This document shows positions 8,990-19,973 of a stretch of DNA of 64,000 nt, piece by piece. The stretch is from NCBI GenBank assembly GCA_963837425.1, contig CAWINH010000002.1:355175-419174 (forward strand). The letters are read 5' to 3'. Under the pieces are notes generated by a model. The model had not been told where the DNA came from, made no database searches, and worked only from the letters and a program-made list of their open reading frames with translations. The stretch comes from an uncultured Chloroflexia bacterium. Lineage in GTDB: Bacteria > Chloroflexota > Limnocylindria > QHBO01. Each line of letters opens with the position of its first letter. Position 1 is the stretch's first letter. The position numbers and the translations under genes were made by a program.

Positions 8990-10405
8990 TAGGCCGCGTC
9001 CCGGCTCAGCCTGGAGCGGGACCGTGCTGACCTGGCCGTCGGGCGTGTCACGCACCTCGATGCCCATGGCCGCCAGCTCGCCGCGGAGCGCATCCGAGGT
9101 GGCGTAGTCGCGGGCCTCCCGGGCGGCTGCGCGGCGTTCGAGGAGCTCCGCGGCGCCCCGGGCAGCTCGGTCGGCGCCGCCTCGGCCGGGGTCGAGCCCA
9201 GGCCCAGCACGCGGTCGAAGTCCAGCAGCAGCGCGCGGCGCTGGGCCGGCCGAGGTCGTCGGCGCCCGCCACGGCGTGCGCGACCGCCAGGGCGGCCGGC
9301 AGGCCCAGGTCGTCGCTGACCGCGTCGACGAAGCGGGCGCGGTAGGAGGCCAACGGCTCGGCGGCGAGGTCAACACGGCTGGCCGATCCGGCCTCGGCGG
9401 CCGCCCGACGCAGGCGCCGCAGGCCGGCGCTGGCGGCCTGCATGGCGTGTTCGGTGAAGTCGAGCTTGGACCGATAGTGGGCAGTGAGCGCCAGGTAGCG
9501 GAAGGCGAGCGGCTCGAAGCCCTTGGCGGGCAGGTCGGTGACGCGGATGATGTTCCCCGCCGACTTGGCCATCTTGGCCTCCGCCATGGTCAGGAACTCG
9601 CCGTGCATCCAGATGCTGACCACCGGATGACCCAGCACGCCCTCGCTCTGGGCGATCTCGTCCTCGTGATGGGGGAACTTGAGGTCGATCCCGCCGGTGT
9701 GGATATCGAACTGCTCGCCGAGGTACTTGACGCTCATGGCGGAGCACTCGATGTGCCAGCCCGGGAAGCCCTCGCCCCACGGCGACGCCCACTTCATGAC
9801 GCGACCCGGCTCGGCGGCCTTCCACAGCGCGAAGTCCTCCGGGTCGCGCTTGTCGGTCTCGACCTCGACGCGATGGCCGGCCCTCATCTGCTCCAGGCGC
9901 TGCCCGGACAGCTTCCCGTAGCCGGTGGGAAGGCGCTGACGTCGTAGTAGACGTTGCCCGCCACCTCGTAGGCCAGCCCGTTCTCCAGCAGGGCTGCCGT
10001 CATCTCGATCATCTCCCCGATGTGCTCGGTCGCGCGCGGCATGACGTCGGCGGGCGCCATGTTGAGCAGCCGCTCGTCGGTCAGCCAGGCATCGGTGTAG
10101 AACTCGGCGATCTGGGCCGGGGTCTTGCCCTCGACTTCGGCGGCCATCAGGATCGGGTCTTCGCCGGTCTCGCGCATGTGGCCCACGTCGGTGATGTTCT
10201 TCACGTAGCGGACCTCGTAGCCGAGGTACTCGAGACGCGCGCAGCAGGTCCCCGAACAGATAGGTCCGCAGGTTGCCGATGTGCGCGTAGCGGTAGACGG
10301 TGCTGCCGCAGGTATAGATCCCGACGCGTCCGGCGAGACGGGGACCAGCGGCTCGACCCGGCGCGTGAGCGAGTTGTAGAGGCGAATGGGAGGCAGGGGC
10401 GCCAT
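8990..10405 (-). pseudogene. cysS: Cysteine--tRNA ligase (CysRS) disrupted by at least 3 frameshifts (pseudogene of a paralog, or assembly indels)
   Basis: The N-terminus MAPLPPIRLYNSLTRRVEPL and the segment LEYLGYEVRYVKNITDVGHMRE sit in one frame. YTCGSTVYRYAHIGNLRTYLFGDLL, HIECS and the KMAKSAGN (KMSKS-like) motif sit in another frame. The C-terminus, ending ...LRGELAAMGIEVRDTPDGQVSTV, is in a third frame. The 3' end coordinate is approximate. Confidence 0.6.
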
Positions 10406-10459
10406 GGCCCGCGCATTGTACCGATGCGGCGGCGGAGCCCCCGCGAGACGGGCCGGCGC

Positions 10460-12285
10460 TCAGCTCGACTCGGCCTCGAACGTCGTCTCGCCGGCGGCCG
10501 CCTCCTCGCGCAGCTGCCGCAGCGCGCCCTGGTCGATGCCGCCGAATCGCGGCAGGTCGCGGATGCTGGCGCTGCGCGCCAGGCGCTCCTGCATCTTGCC
10601 CAGCACCAATGCCGAGAAGTCGGGCGCGGCCATCAGGTGGCGCAGGGTGTCCGCGGGGACCTCGAGCAGGATGGTCGGCTCCTGGGCCACGACATCGGCC
10701 GTCCGCGGGCTGCCGGTGAGCGCGGCGATCTCGCCGAACACATCTCCGGCCCCCATGCTCGACAGCGACCGGTACTCGCCCGAGGCGCTCGAGCCGGCCA
10801 CCGTCCGCCGAGAGGACGAAGTAGGCCGAGTTGCCGGTGTCGCCGGCGCGGGTGATGACCGTGCCGCTCTCCGCGTCCAGCACGCGGGCGCTGCTCACCA
10901 GGGCGTCGCGGTCACGCTGCGGGAGCCCGGCCAGGGCCGGGATGTAGCGCCCCAGGGCCTGCACGTCGGCCAGCGTGGCCCGGCGCCCGGTACCCACTCG
11001 CGCGGCGGTCGGGGCGGTGCGCAGCAGCTGGATGGTGCGGCGCCACTCGGCGGCCGGCTGGCCGATCCCCGGCAGCAGCGCGCCGGCCAGGGCGGTGACC
11101 ACCAGGGCCAGCGAGCTGATGAGGAACAGGGCCCGAACATCGAAGACGTCGGCGAAGCCGGCCAGGCCCATCCCGACCAGGTAGACCACGTCGCGCACCA
11201 CGTAGTTGGTGCTGAACACGCGGCCGCGCATCTCGCGCGGAGTGTTGCGCTGGGCGATGAGGCGGCCGGCCACGAAGGAGGGCGCGTTGAGGATGCCGGA
11301 GATGCCGATCAGGCTGATGGCCAGCCAGACGCTGGACGAGAGGGCGTAGGCCACGCCGGCCAGGCCCATCCCCAGGAAGCTGAGGACCAGCCAGCTGCCC
11401 TCGCGCAGCCGCTCCGCGTAGCGGGCCATCAGCAGGCTGCCGACCACGAAGCCGACCGAGGTGATGCCCTCCTGCAGGCCGTACTCGAACTCGGTGGCCT
11501 TGAGCACCTCGATGGCGAACGGCAGGAGCAGCACGTTCTGGAGGCCGAAGATGACCATGATCGGCGTGCGCAGGATGTTCATGGACGCGTAGGACCGGCG
11601 TCTTCCAGATGAACCGCGCGCCAACCGCCAGGTTGCGCACGACGTCGCCCACGGTCGTCTGCTCCTCGACCTCGAGCGGCGCAATGGTGACCAGCAGGAT
11701 CATCAGGCCGGAGAAGAGGAACGTGCCGGCATCGATGTAGAAGACGAGATCGGGCGCAATGCCGATGAGCAGGCCCGCGAGCGCGAAGCCGATGGCGGTC
11801 GACCCGAACTGGGCGATGGCCATCAACGAGTTCGCGGCGGCGAGCTCCTCGTCCGAGGCGATCTCGGGCAGCACGCTGTCGTTGGCCGGATCGAAGAACT
11901 GCTGGACCGATGCGGAGAGCAGCACGATCACGTACAGGCTGATGATGCTGTCGGTGGCGTGCAGGCTGATGGGGATGGCCGCCACCAGCCCGGCGCGCAG
12001 GATGGTGCTCACGACCATGATCGTCTTGCGGTTCCAGCGATCCACGAAGACGCCCGCGATGAGGCCGAAGAGGAGCGTGGGGGCGGCCGAGACCATGAGC
12101 ATGATCCCGACGTTGAGGATCGACCCCGTGCGCTGGAAGACGATGATGCCCGCGGCCAGCGAGGTCAGCGCGTCGCCGATGGTGGAGACCAGCTGCCCGG
12201 TCCACAGGTAGACGAAGAAGCGGTTGCGGAAGACCGCGAATGGGCCGACGGGAGCCGGGGGGGCTGATGGGGAAGCGGCAGTCAC
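10460..12285 (-). pseudogene. MFS transporter fused to a C-terminal cyclic-nucleotide-binding (cNMP) domain, carrying at least 2 frameshifts
   Basis: The 12 TM-type MFS sequence is split over two frames (10912-12285 and the 9048-11684 frame). The cNMP domain is in a third frame (10460-10801): GDVFGEIAALTGSPRTADVVAQEPTILLEVPADTL. Confidence 0.55.
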
Positions 12286-12385
12286 CGGGTTCCTCCGTGT
12301 GGTCGGCGGGCGGGCAGCCGGAGTCCGCGTGGGTCGCAGCGCATTCTGACAGCCGCGGTCGCGCGGTGCGGCCTCGCTCTACCAT

Positions 12386-12977
12386 GGGCGTCATGTCGCA
12401 CGCCGCCGAGCAGTACCCGCTGACGCTGGGCGAGGAACCAGCTTCTGCCCGGCCTGTGGCCGCCCGGTCGAGGCGCGCGTCCTGGAGCCGGACCACCGGC
12501 CGCGCCTGGTCTGCCCCGGGTCACGTCACCTGGCGGAACCCGAGGATGGTGGTCGGCACGCTCCCCATTCGTGACGGCCGGGTCTTCCTGGCGCGGCGCG
12601 CCATCGAGCCGCGCAGCGGCCGGTGGACTCACCCCGGCGGCTTCCTGGAGCTCGGCGAGGCGGCGCAGGAGGGCGCCCGTCGCGAGACGGAGGAGGAGAC
12701 GCAGCTCAAGGTCAGCGTCGGGCGCCTGATCGGCGCCTATTCGCGGCCGCGGGCCGGCGTGGTGACCATCGTCTACGAGGCGGACGTGGTGGGCGGGGAG
12801 CCGCTGCCGGGGGCGGAGACGAGCGAGGTGCAGGCTTTCGGCCCCGAGGAGATCCCGTGGGGCGAGCTGGCCTTCACAACCACCGCGTCGGCGCTGCGCG
12901 ATTGGATCGCCTCGCTGCCGGGCCACGGGCCGCGGTTCGAGCCGGAGCTGTACGTCACCGGCGACCCCGCGGACTGA
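12386..12977 (+). pseudogene. NUDIX hydrolase with an N-terminal zinc ribbon, frameshifted twice around the zinc ribbon
   Basis: The Nudix box GGFLELGEAAQEGARRETEEETQL lies in frame 0. The zinc ribbon FCPACGRPVEARVLEPDHRPRLVCPG is readable only in another frame between about 12440 and 12515. Confidence 0.5.
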
Positions 12978-13019
12978 GGCCCTGGCCGGCCTCCCGCCGT
13001 ACTCGGCCCCGTTCCCCGG

Positions 13020-13400
13020 CTCATTAGGCCCGTTGATGCATCCGCGGGGGAAGCCCGGTTCCGGCCGCGTTTCGTCCCCCTCCCCCACCCCGGCCCATAG
13101 GGGGTCCCTCAACCCGGCCCGTTCCCCGCGCTCCCCTCCCGGCCCCATATGCGGGGATCAGGCCTGCGCCAGGGGGGGTCCCGGGGGACCCCCCCCCCGC
13201 CCCCCGGCGGCCCTCCCTCCCCCGCCCCGCCCACCCGGGCCGGGCCCCGCCCCCGCGCACCCCTCCCCCCCCCCCCCGCGGGGCGGGTGGCCGGGGGGCG
13301 GGGAGCCAGCCGGGCCGGACAACGCCCCGGGCCTGGCCCGGGAAGGGGCGGGCCCTGACCAGGGCCCCGGGAGACGAAAGTCGGCGCGCGACGTCAGCCC
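13020..13400. repeat. C-rich/G-rich low-complexity block with homopolymer runs up to 13 nt and degenerate CCGGCCC-N-GGGG units; candidate G-quadruplex/i-motif tract or assembly artefact
   Basis: Direct reading of the sequence shows cccccccccc, ccccccccccccc, gggggggg and repeated ccggccc...gggg units. The block sits in the ~440 bp convergent intergenic space between the NUDIX gene and the fabF paralog. Confidence 0.5.
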
Positions 13401-13419
13401 GGATGACGCGGGTTCGCGC

Positions 13420-14670
13420 TCAGACCGGGCGGCGGAAGACGGCCACCGCGTTCTGGCCGCCGAAGCCGAAGCCGTTGATGATTGCCACCCCCACGTCCGC
13501 TCTGCGCGCCAGGTTGGGGACGTAGTCCAGGTCGCAGGCGGGGTCGGGCGTCTCGTAGTTGATCGTGGGCGGGATCAGTCCGTCGCGGATGGCCAGCACC
13601 GCGGCCAGGGCGGACATCGCGCCGGCCGCGCCCAGGGTGTGCCCGATCATGCTCTTGTTGCTGCTCACCGCCAGCCTGGGCGCGTGGTCGGCGAAGGCCG
13701 CGTGGATGGCCCTGGTCTCGGTGGCGTCATTGAGCGGGGTGCTGGTGCCGTGGGCGACCACGTAGTCCACTTCCTCCGGCTCGACGCCCGCGTCGCGCAG
13801 GGCGCGCTGCATGGCGCGGGCCGCGCCGTCACCCGGAGGGGTCGGGTGCGCTGATGTGGAACGCGTCGCCGGTCAGCGCACCGCCGGCGATCTCGGCGAT
13901 GACGGTGGCGCCGCGCGATGGGCGTGCTCGGCCGACTCGACCACCAGGATGCCGGCCGCCTCGCCGAAGACGAAGCCGTCGCGTCTGGCATCGAACGGCC
14001 GCGAGGCATGCTCCGGCTCGTCGTTGCGCTTGGAGAGGGCGCCCATGTTGGCGAGCGCGGCGAACGCCACCGGCAGGATCGCGCTCTCGGTGCCCCCGGC
14101 AACCACCGCGTCGGCGTCTCCGTGCTCGATCATGCGCTGCGCCTCCACGAACGCCTGCACCCCCGAGGCACAGGCCGCCACGCTGGTGACCACCGGGCCG
14201 CGGAGCCGGTTCTGGATGCTGATCTGGCAGGCGGCCATGGAGGGGGAGAGCATGGGCACCATGAACGGGCTGACCCGCGTCGGTCCCTGCTCGAGATAGA
14301 CGCGCTCCCCGAGGGCCACCTCGCCGATCCCGCCGCCGCCGGTGTTGACGACCACGGCGATGTCATCCCGGTTGGCGTCGCTGATCTCGAGGCCGGAATC
14401 ATCGATCGCCTGGCGGGCGGCGGCCACGGCCAGCTGGCTGAATCGGCTCATGCGGCGCGCGGCCTTGAAGTCCATCCAGTCGCGTGGCTCGAAGCCCTTC
14501 ACCTCCGCCGCGATCTGGACCTCCTCGCCGGAAGGGTCGTAGGCGGTGATGCGGGCCACGCCGCTGACGCCACCGGTCAGGTTGGACCAGTAGCTGGCCA
14601 CGTCATTGCCGATGGGGCTGATGACGCCCATGCCGGTGACGACGGCTCGACGGGCGGGGTCGCGGCTCAT
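13420..14670 (-). pseudogene. fabF: 3-oxoacyl-ACP synthase II paralog (KAS II), interrupted by two closely spaced compensating frameshifts with an internal stop
   Basis: The N-terminal 265 aa (13873-14670) and C-terminal 130 aa (13420-13812) are in the same frame. Between them, about 75 bp (13813-13915) is in the wrong frames; the correct peptide [28 protein letters not shown] is readable in a third frame. Confidence 0.6.
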
Positions 14671-14679
14671 CGGGCTGCC

Positions 14680-15963
14680 CTAGGCCTCGTAGCGGCGCAC
14701 GATGACCGTGCTGTTGTGGCCGCCCAGCCCCATCGAGTTGGAGAGGGCCACCCGCACGTCCGCGGCGCGCGCGGTGTTCGGGACGTAGTCCAGGGTGAGC
14801 TCGGGGTCGGGGTGACGGTAGTTGATGGTGGGCGGGATGCAGCCGGTCTGCACCGCCTTCACGCAGACGTAGCCCTCCAGCGCCCCGGCGGCGCCCATGA
14901 GGTGTCCGGTCATGCTCTTGGTGGAGCTCACCGCCAGCCGCTCGGCGTGCGCACCGAAGACCTCGCGAATCGCGGTCGTCTCGTAGCGGTCGTTCAGCGG
15001 CGTGCTCGTCCCGTGGGCGTTGATGTAGTCGACCGCCTCGGGACCGATGCCGGCCCGCGCCAGCGCCGCTCGCATCGCGCGCTGGTTGCCCTCCCCCCGC
15101 TCGGCCGGGGCGGCCATGTGGAACGCGTCGGCCGACGAGCCGTAGCCGATCACCTCGGCCAGCGGGGTCACGCCGCGGGCCAGGGCGTGTCCCAGCTCCT
15201 CGAGGACCAGCACCGCCGAGCCCTCCGCGATGACGAAGCCGTCGCGGGTGGCGTCGAAGGGCCGGCTGGCCTTGGTCGGATCGTACGCGCCGGTGTCCGG
15301 GTCGACGGGAGAGCCGAGCGCCTTCATCTGCTGGAACCCGGCCAGCGCCAGGGGCACCACCACGGCCTCGGCGCCCGCCCCCAGCATCAGGTCAGCCTGG
15401 CCGCGCACGATGGCCTCCATGGCTTCGCCGATGGCGTGGCCGCCGGTGGCACAGGCGCTGACCACGGCCATGTTGTGCCCGCGCAGCCCGTACTGGATGC
15501 CCACCATTCCTGACGCCGCGTCCGGGATCATGTGCGGCAGCAGGAAGGGCGAGACGCGGCCGGGGCCGCGCTCGAGGAGGGTCTGGATCCCCTCGCTCAT
15601 GATCCCGATCCCGCCGATGCCGGTGCCGAAGACGATGCCGAAGCGGTCGCCATTGGCCTGGGCCGGGTCGAGGCGCCCGTCCGCGGCCAGCAGGCCGGCC
15701 CGGCGCAGCGCCTCGCCCGCGGCGGCCACTGCGAAGTGCGTGTTGCGGTCATGCCGGCGCGCGTCCTTGGCGTCCATGTACTGGGTGGCGTCGAAGCCCT
15801 TGACCTCGCCCGCGACGTGGACCTCGAATGCCGACGTGTCGAAGAGGGTGATGTCTGCGATGCCGGAGCGGCCCGCGGTCAGGGCCTCCCAGGTCGCACC
15901 GTCCCCGATGCCGACCGGCGAGACGACCCCCACGCCGGTGACGACGGCCCGGCGGTCGCTCAC
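14680..15963 (-). CDS. fabF: 3-oxoacyl-[acyl-carrier-protein] synthase II (KAS II), intact
   Basis: KAS II motifs are present: [25 protein letters not shown] and GHLMGAAGALE. A GTG start at 15963 overlaps the fabD stop (GTGA). Confidence 0.8.
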   Translation of the reverse strand: MSDRRAVVTGVGVVSPVGIGDGATWEALTAGRSGIADITLFDTSAFEVHVAGEVKGFDATQYMDAKDARRHDRNTHFAVAAAGEALRRAGLLAADGRLDPAQANGDRFGIVFGTGIGGIGIMSEGIQTLLERGPGRVSPFLLPHMIPDAASGMVGIQYGLRGHNMAVVSACATGGHAIGEAMEAIVRGQADLMLGAGAEAVVVPLALAGFQQMKALGSPVDPDTGAYDPTKASRPFDATRDGFVIAEGSAVLVLEELGHALARGVTPLAEVIGYGSSADAFHMAAPAERGEGNQRAMRAALARAGIGPEAVDYINAHGTSTPLNDRYETTAIREVFGAHAERLAVSSTKSMTGHLMGAAGALEGYVCVKAVQTGCIPPTINYRHPDPELTLDYVPNTARAADVRVALSNSMGLGGHNSTVIVRRYEA

Positions 15964-16934
15964 GATGGGAGCCAGGCGGCGAGACCCCCGGGGGCGTCGG
16001 TGGCGTGGGCGCTGGTGTCGGGCGCGATGCGGCGGATCAGGCCGGTGAGCACCCGGCCGGGCCCCACCTCCACGAAGTCGGTGACCCCGTCGGCGGCCAT
16101 GCGGCGCACGGTGTCGGTCCACTGCACGCCGTGCACCAGGTGCTCGGTCAGCTCCTTGCGCAGCCCGTCGGCCGTCTGGATCATGCTGGCATGCACGTTC
16201 CCGAGCATGGGCACGCGCGGCTCGCGGAACGGGACCTTGGCCAGGATCTGGCCGAACTCGTCGCGAGCGCGTCGCATGAGCGGGGAGTGGCTCGCCACGC
16301 TGACGGTGAGGCGCACCGCCTTGCGGGCGCCAATGGTCTTGCTCATCTCGAGCGCGAAGACGAGGGCAGGGATGACGCCGGAGAGCACGATCTGTCCCGG
16401 CGCGTTGGCATTCGCGACCCCGATCTCGCCGTGCTGCCGCGCGTGCTCGACGACCTCGTCAACCTGTTCGTCGGAGAGGCCGATGACGGCCCCCATGCCG
16501 CCGTCGATGCCGCGCTCCTGCATGATCCGTCCCCGCTCCCGGACCAGGTGCAGCGCCTCCTCGAAGTCGATGGCATCGGCGGCAACCGCAGCGGCGTACT
16601 GGCCTGCCGAGTGGCCGGCCAGGACCCGGGGAGCCAGCTCCAGGCCGGCGGCGGCTGCCTGGGCGCGCAGCGCCTCGAGATAGGCGACGCTGGTGGCCAG
16701 GATGGCGGGCTGGGCGTTGACCGTGAGGTCCAGGTCCTCGGCCGGTCCCTCGAGGATCATCCGGGTCAGCGGAAAGCCCAGCGCCCGATCCGCGCGCTCC
16801 ATCACCGCGGCCGCCTCCGGCGAGTGCTCGAGCAGGGCGGCGCCCATCCCCACGTACTGCGAGCCCTGGCCGGGAAAGACAAAGGCATGCACGCGGGGGG
16901 GTGCGATGGACTGCGGGTCGGGTGGGTTCGTCAT
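15960..16934 (-). CDS. fabD: Malonyl-CoA:ACP transacylase
   Basis: FVFPGQGSQYVGMG and GHSAGQYAA motifs are present. The ATG overlaps the stop of the upstream M20 gene (ATGA). Confidence 0.8.
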   Translation of the reverse strand: MTNPPDPQSIAPPRVHAFVFPGQGSQYVGMGAALLEHSPEAAAVMERADRALGFPLTRMILEGPAEDLDLTVNAQPAILATSVAYLEALRAQAAAAGLELAPRVLAGHSAGQYAAAVAADAIDFEEALHLVRERGRIMQERGIDGGMGAVIGLSDEQVDEVVEHARQHGEIGVANANAPGQIVLSGVIPALVFALEMSKTIGARKAVRLTVSVASHSPLMRRARDEFGQILAKVPFREPRVPMLGNVHASMIQTADGLRKELTEHLVHGVQWTDTVRRMAADGVTDFVEVGPGRVLTGLIRRIAPDTSAHATDAPGGLAAWLPS

Positions 16935-18371
16935 GCTGAAACGTCAGTGTCTCGTATCCCGGGGAGTATAGCCGTCACCGCCGACCGCTCCCACTCGGGT
17001 GGCGGTCGATCAGGTGCAGAACGCTCCACGACCCGCTGCAGCACGGGCAGGCCAAAGGCCAGGGCGCTCACCGGCAGGCGCTCGTCGTTGGCGTGGAAGA
17101 GCGAGAGGAACGGCACCTGCGGGTCCAGGCGGAGAGGCATGAAGCCGTAGGTCGGGATGCCCAGCAGGCCCAGTGCCTTGGCGTCGGTGCCCGGCGTGAT
17201 CATCATCGGCAGCGGGGTCGCCTCGGGATCGGCTGCGGACAGGACCTCCCGCATGATCGTCACGATCTCGGCCGCGGCGGGCCATTCCACAGGGGGCATG
17301 GTCATCACCGCATCCACCGTCACCTCCGGCCCGGCCACCGCCTGCAGGTGCTCCAGGAAGGCCGCCTGGTCCGTTCCCGGCAGGGTCCGCACGTCGATCT
17401 CCGCTTCGCCGCTGCCGGGCACCACGTTCATCTTGGCGCCGGCGCGGATGACGTTGGGGGTGACCGTGTCGCGCAGCATGGCGTCGAGGGAGCGCCGCAG
17501 GACCGGGTCGGCCACGGCGTCGGCGAGCGCTGTCCGTGCCGCGGCCTCGTCACCCGGGCGGCCAGCTCCGCCACGTTGCCCAGGCCCAGTCCATCGAAGA
17601 ACCCCCGGACGACGGGGATCACCCGGGCCGGTCGCGGGTCGCCCGCCAGGCGGGTGATGGCCGTGGCCAGCTTGATCGCGGCGTTGTCCGGCGAAGGCAT
17701 CGAGCCGTGCGACGGCGTCCCGCTGGCCCGCACCCGGGTCCAGACGATCCCCTTCTCGGCCACCTGGATAGCGTATGACCGCCTTCCGTTAAGGGTGATC
17801 GAGTAGCCGCCGACCTCGTTGAGGGCGGCGGCGGCCGGCTGACCGGCGGCATCGGCGAAGAGATCGGGCCGCTGCTGCACCCAGTGCAGCGCCCCGTGCT
17901 GGCCGCCCGCCTCCTCGTCCGCCAGGGCGGCGAAGATGACCTCCCGTCGTCGCGCTGCGCCGGATCGCTGGAGCGCCACCATGACCTCCAGCTCCATGGC
18001 CACCATCTCCTTCATGTCGACCGCGCCGCGGCCCCAGACGGCGCCGTCCAGCAGCTCCGCGCCGAACGGGTCGCGCGTCCGCCGTCCGCCTCCACGGGGA
18101 CCACGTCCACGTGGGAGAGCAGGATGACCGGCGGCGCGGGGTTCGGCACGGTGGCGGGCAGCCGCGCGAAGCAGGAACCGCGGCCCGGGGCCGTCTCCAG
18201 CACCTCCGCCGGGATGCCTGCCGCGGTGAGCACCTCCGCGCAGTAGGCGGCGGCCGCGTCTCGCCGCCGGTCGAGTCGCGGCCGGCGGCGGTGTCGGTGA
18301 TCCCGGCGGGTTGACGCTCGGGATGCGGATAGCGCGCGGAGGTGATCCACGCAGGCGTCGAGAGCGGTCAT
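16931..18371 (-). pseudogene. M20 family metallopeptidase (ArgE/DapE-like), disrupted by at least 4 frameshifts
   Basis: The N-terminal pieces MTALDACVDHLRAL, IRIPSVNPPG and LLSHVDVVPV alternate between two frames. The GRGAVDMKEM motif and the dimerisation-domain C-terminus (16931-17515) are in further frames. Confidence 0.55.
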
Positions 18372-18399
18372 CCGCGCTACGGTACCGCAGCCCCGGCGG

Positions 18400-19310
18400 G
18401 CGATTAGCCGGCGCGCTCGGGTCGGCTCGGCCGCCGCGGAGACGCTCGCGCACCAGCCGGCCGAGCGGTAGCTCCAGCGCGAGCAGCACCAGGGCCACGA
18501 TCAGCAGCACCGGGAACCGGCCGGCCAGCCCCAGGACGAGCAGGCCGCCCAGGAAGAAAGCATGGATCATGACCCGCGTCGCAAAGGACAGGCGCAGCTC
18601 GAGGATGGCGGCCGGCACCACCCGGCTCTCCGCGATCCGGGCCCCAGACCCCCCGGGCGGCGATGCCGGCGAAGATCGCCAGGGTACCGCGAACAGACCC
18701 AGCCCGCCGCCCGGCCGGGTTCGGTCAGCGGCTTGAGCACGATGAACGGCAGCGCCCAGCAGCAGGATCCCGTAGGCGGCCAGCGGACTGAGGAGCTGGA
18801 GCCACTCACCCCGGGCGGCCGGCGGCCCGCGCGCGGATCCATCGGGTCACCAGGCTGAAGCCCAGGGTCACGAACAGCCAGGCGTAGAAGTTGCCGGCGG
18901 GGACGCCGAACCAGCCCTGGCGTGACCCAGGTTGGCCCAGGTCCAGAGGCCCATCCGGATCGCGATGGCGTCGAAGGCCAGGTCCAGGCTGATGGCCAGC
19001 ACGCTGTCGACGAAGGGCGCGTAGCGGCGGCGCACGCCCAGCGCGTCGGTCAGGCGCATGGCGCCGGCGATGATGAGGGCCCAGGTGAGGCCGATGACCC
19101 GGCGCGCGGTCGATGGTCAGCACCCAGTGCGGGCTGTAGTGGTAGCTCTCGAAGATGAGCTGGTCGCCCTCCTCCAGCAGGATGCCGAACACGGCCGCGG
19201 TGGCCAGCTCCAGGAAGGGGAGCCGGCCACGACGGAGGGCGGCGACTGCGGCGCCGATGAAGAAGAGGGCACCCCGATCTCGAGGCCGAGGTGACCGGAT
19301 CCATCCGCCC
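18400..19310 (-). pseudogene. Multi-pass membrane protein of unknown family, fragmented over three frames
   Basis: Hydrophobic segments AAVFGILLEEGDQLIFESYHYSPHWVLTIDRA, MRLTDALGVRRRYAPFVDSVLAISLDLAFDAIAIRMGLWTWANLG and FYAWLFVTLGFSLVTRWI read as one protein only after frame switching. Confidence 0.3.
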
Positions 19311-19378
19311 GATGATACGCAGATCCGCGGGCCGGCCTCGAGCAGCCGCCGGGGGGCCGCGTCGCGAACCGCCCGCCC

Positions 19379-19960
19379 TCAGCGCGGACCGACCGGGGTC
19401 AACTCCACCAGGTCGAGCATCGCCGCCCCGACGCTGTACTCCTCGTCCGGCTCTGCGCCAAGGGCATCGAGCGTCTTGCTGAAGAAGCAGCGGGCCGCCG
19501 CGGCCAGGACGACGTCGAAGATCTCCGCGTCGGAGAGACCATGGCCGCGGAGCTCCTCCACGTCGGCTGGCGTCACGCGGGTCGCGTCGCTGGCGACCGC
19601 CTCCGCCAGCGACATGACGGCGACCTCGGCATCGGTCAGGCCGGCGTGGCGAAAGTCCCGCACGATGGCCTCCACCTGCCCGTGATCGAAGACCTTCGAC
19701 TCGAGCACCGCGGTGTGCGCCCCCACGCAGTACCGGCAGCGCAATGCGCGCGCGGCGGCCAGGGTGGCCAGCTCATAGCGCCGCAGGTCCATCGGCGCGC
19801 GGATGGCTCGAATCAGGTCGAACCAGGCGCCGTAGATGGCAGGACGCAGGCTGAACAGCTGCGCCTTGTTCGAGACGTAGCCGTTGGATGCGAGGTCGGC
19901 GTCGTACATGGCGCGCACCGCCTCGCCGGCATCGGAGGGTGAAACCGTTCGAAGGTACGC
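19379..19960 (-). CDS. Carboxymuconolactone decarboxylase / AhpD-like family protein
   Basis: MAYLRTVSPSDAGEAVRAMYDADL...ALRCRYCVGAHTAVL carries the CxxxH AhpD-type motif. This is the last gene of the tusA-dsrE-CMD trio. Confidence 0.6.
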   Translation of the reverse strand, partial: AYLRTVSPSDAGEAVRAMYDADLASNGYVSNKAQLFSLRPAIYGAWFDLIRAIRAPMDLRRYELATLAAARALRCRYCVGAHTAVLESKVFDHGQVEAIVRDFRHAGLTDAEVAVMSLAEAVASDATRVTPADVEELRGHGLSDAEIFDVVLAAAARCFFSKTLDALGAEPDEEYSVGAAMLDLVELTPVGPR

Positions 19961-19973
19961 CATCGTGCCGTCC

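Noticed and set aside
8378-8992. 204 aa plus-strand ORF between the gene-poor region and cysS.
   Set aside because: No recognisable domain and poor codon bias. It overlaps the C-terminal end of cysS on the opposite strand.
12282-13148. 288 aa minus-strand ORF antisense to the NUDIX gene and running into the poly-C/G block.
   Set aside because: Low-complexity Gly/Arg/Pro translation of GC-rich DNA; the sense-strand NUDIX motifs explain the region.
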